Below are positions 62,801 through 64,000 of a stretch of 64,000 nt of DNA, piece after piece. Position 1 is the first letter of the stretch; each line of letters starts with the position of its first letter. The DNA is taken from positions 54,996,001 through 55,060,000 of the forward strand of contig NC_045697.1 of assembly GCF_009834535.1 (NCBI RefSeq), in the 5' to 3' direction. The position numbers and the translations under genes were made by a program. Source of the stretch: Camelus ferus (taxonomy: Eukaryota). The notes beneath the pieces are model-generated. The model was not told the origin of the DNA and ran no database searches. It was given only the letters and a program-made list of their open reading frames with translations.

Positions 62801-64000
62801 AACTTTACAGCAGCATGTGAATCAGTGAAGCTAGAACACTCCCTTACACTATTCACAAAAATAAACTCAAAATGGATCAAAGACTTAAACATAAGACAAG
62901 ATGCAATAAACTTCCTAGAAGAAAATATAGGCAAACCATTATCTGACATACATCTCAAAAATGTTCTCCTAGGGCAGTCTACCCAAGCAATAGAAATAAA
63001 AGCAAGAATAAACAAATGGGACCTAATGAAACTTACAGGCTTCTGCACAGCAAAGGAAACCATAAGTAAAACAAGAAGACAACCTGCAGAATGGGAGAAA
63101 ATTTTTGCAAATGAAACCGACAAAGGCTTGATCTCCAGAATATATAAGCAGCTCATATGACTTAATAAGAAAAAAACAAACAACCCAATCCAAAAATGGG
63201 CAAAAGACCTAAAGAAGCAATTCTCCAAGGAAGGAGTAAAAATGATCAATAGGGCACATGAAAAAATGCTCAGTATCACTAATCAGAGAAACGCAAATCA
63301 AAACTACAATGAGGTATCACCTCACACCAGTCGGAATGGCCATCATTCAAAAGTCCACAAATGACAAATGCTGGAGAGGCTGTGGAGAAAGGAGAACCCT
63401 CCTATACTGCTGGTGGGAGTGCAGTTTGGTGCCGCCACTGTGGAAAACAGAATGGAGATTCCTCAAAAGACTAGGAATAGACTTACCATATGACCCAGGA
63501 ATCGCACTCCTGAGCATATATATCCAGAAGGAACCCTACTTCAAAAAGTCACCTGCAACCCAATGTTCATAGTAGCACTATTTACAATGGCCAAGTCATG
63601 GAAACAGCCTAAATGTCCATCAACAGATGACTGGATAAAGAAGAAATGGTGTGTTTATACAATGGAATACTATTAAGCCATAAGAACAGACAACATAATG
63701 CCATTTGCAGCAACATGAATGTTCCTGGAGAATATCATTCTAAGTGAAGAAAGCCGGAAGGAGAAAGAAAAATACTATATGAGATCGCTCATATATGGAA
63801 TCTAAAAAAATACAAAACAAACAAACACAAAACAGAAACAGACTCATAGACATAGAATACAAATAGTGGTTGCCAAGGGAGTGGGGGGTGGGAAGGGACA
63901 GACTGGGATTTCAAAATGTGGAATAGATAAACAAGATTATACTGTATAGCACAGGGAAATATATACAAGATCTTGTGGTTAGCTCACAGCGGAAAAAAAA
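59860..64000 (+). mobile_element. Young LINE-1, 5'-truncated near the inter-ORF spacer (no ORF1), running off the window in the 3' UTR
   Basis: A-rich spacer, complete ORF2 span and type-A 3' UTR nearly identical to 41436-41620; 5' boundary approximate. Confidence 0.97.
59984..63805 (+). pseudogene. L1 ORF2 (endonuclease / reverse transcriptase / C-terminal domain), disrupted
   Basis: ATG at 59984 (MAINTHLSLITVNVNGLN), terminal TAA at 63803-63805. Endonuclease motifs NIYAPN, DFN and SDH in ORF 60170-61054; RT motifs [14 protein letters not shown] and QGCPLSP. In-frame TAG at 60155, multiple frameshifts (e.g. A-run ~61040-61051), catalytic YADD reads YTNN at 62085-62096. Confidence 0.95.

Noticed and set aside
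60097..63279. Long minus-strand ORFs (149, 109 and 184 aa)
   Set aside because: Antisense shadows of L1 ORF2; such open frames are typical of the T-rich L1 antisense strand.

Overview
AT-rich, CpG-depleted mammalian genomic DNA, most likely from a camelid (camel/alpaca/llama), judged from a Vic-1-type tRNA-derived SINE at ~44.7-44.85 kb. I found no recognisable host protein-coding exon, so the window reads as intergenic or deep-intronic. The ORFs in the track with recognisable protein similarity are all LINE-1 fragments; the rest look spurious. Content: a ~4.1 kb 5'-truncated, inactivated young L1 at the right edge covering all of ORF2; five short young L1 3' ends of two tail types, some with target-site duplications; older L1M, HAL1-like, L2, MIR, MaLR/ERV1 LTR and hAT fragments; and microsatellites. 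The most distinctive item is an old full-length U6 snRNA retrocopy fused to an L1 3' end (U6-L1 chimera) at ~46.74-46.93 kb. Weaker leads are a 3x23-bp octamer/TGACCT array at 9.73-9.80 kb, a 23-mer shared by two otherwise unrelated sites 23 kb apart, a TATA plus polypurine candidate promoter at ~16.1 kb, and two splice-signal-bounded candidate exons. I see no convincing evidence of a new biological system. Repeat family names come from remembered consensus sequences, not a database search, and boundaries of old repeats are approximate.
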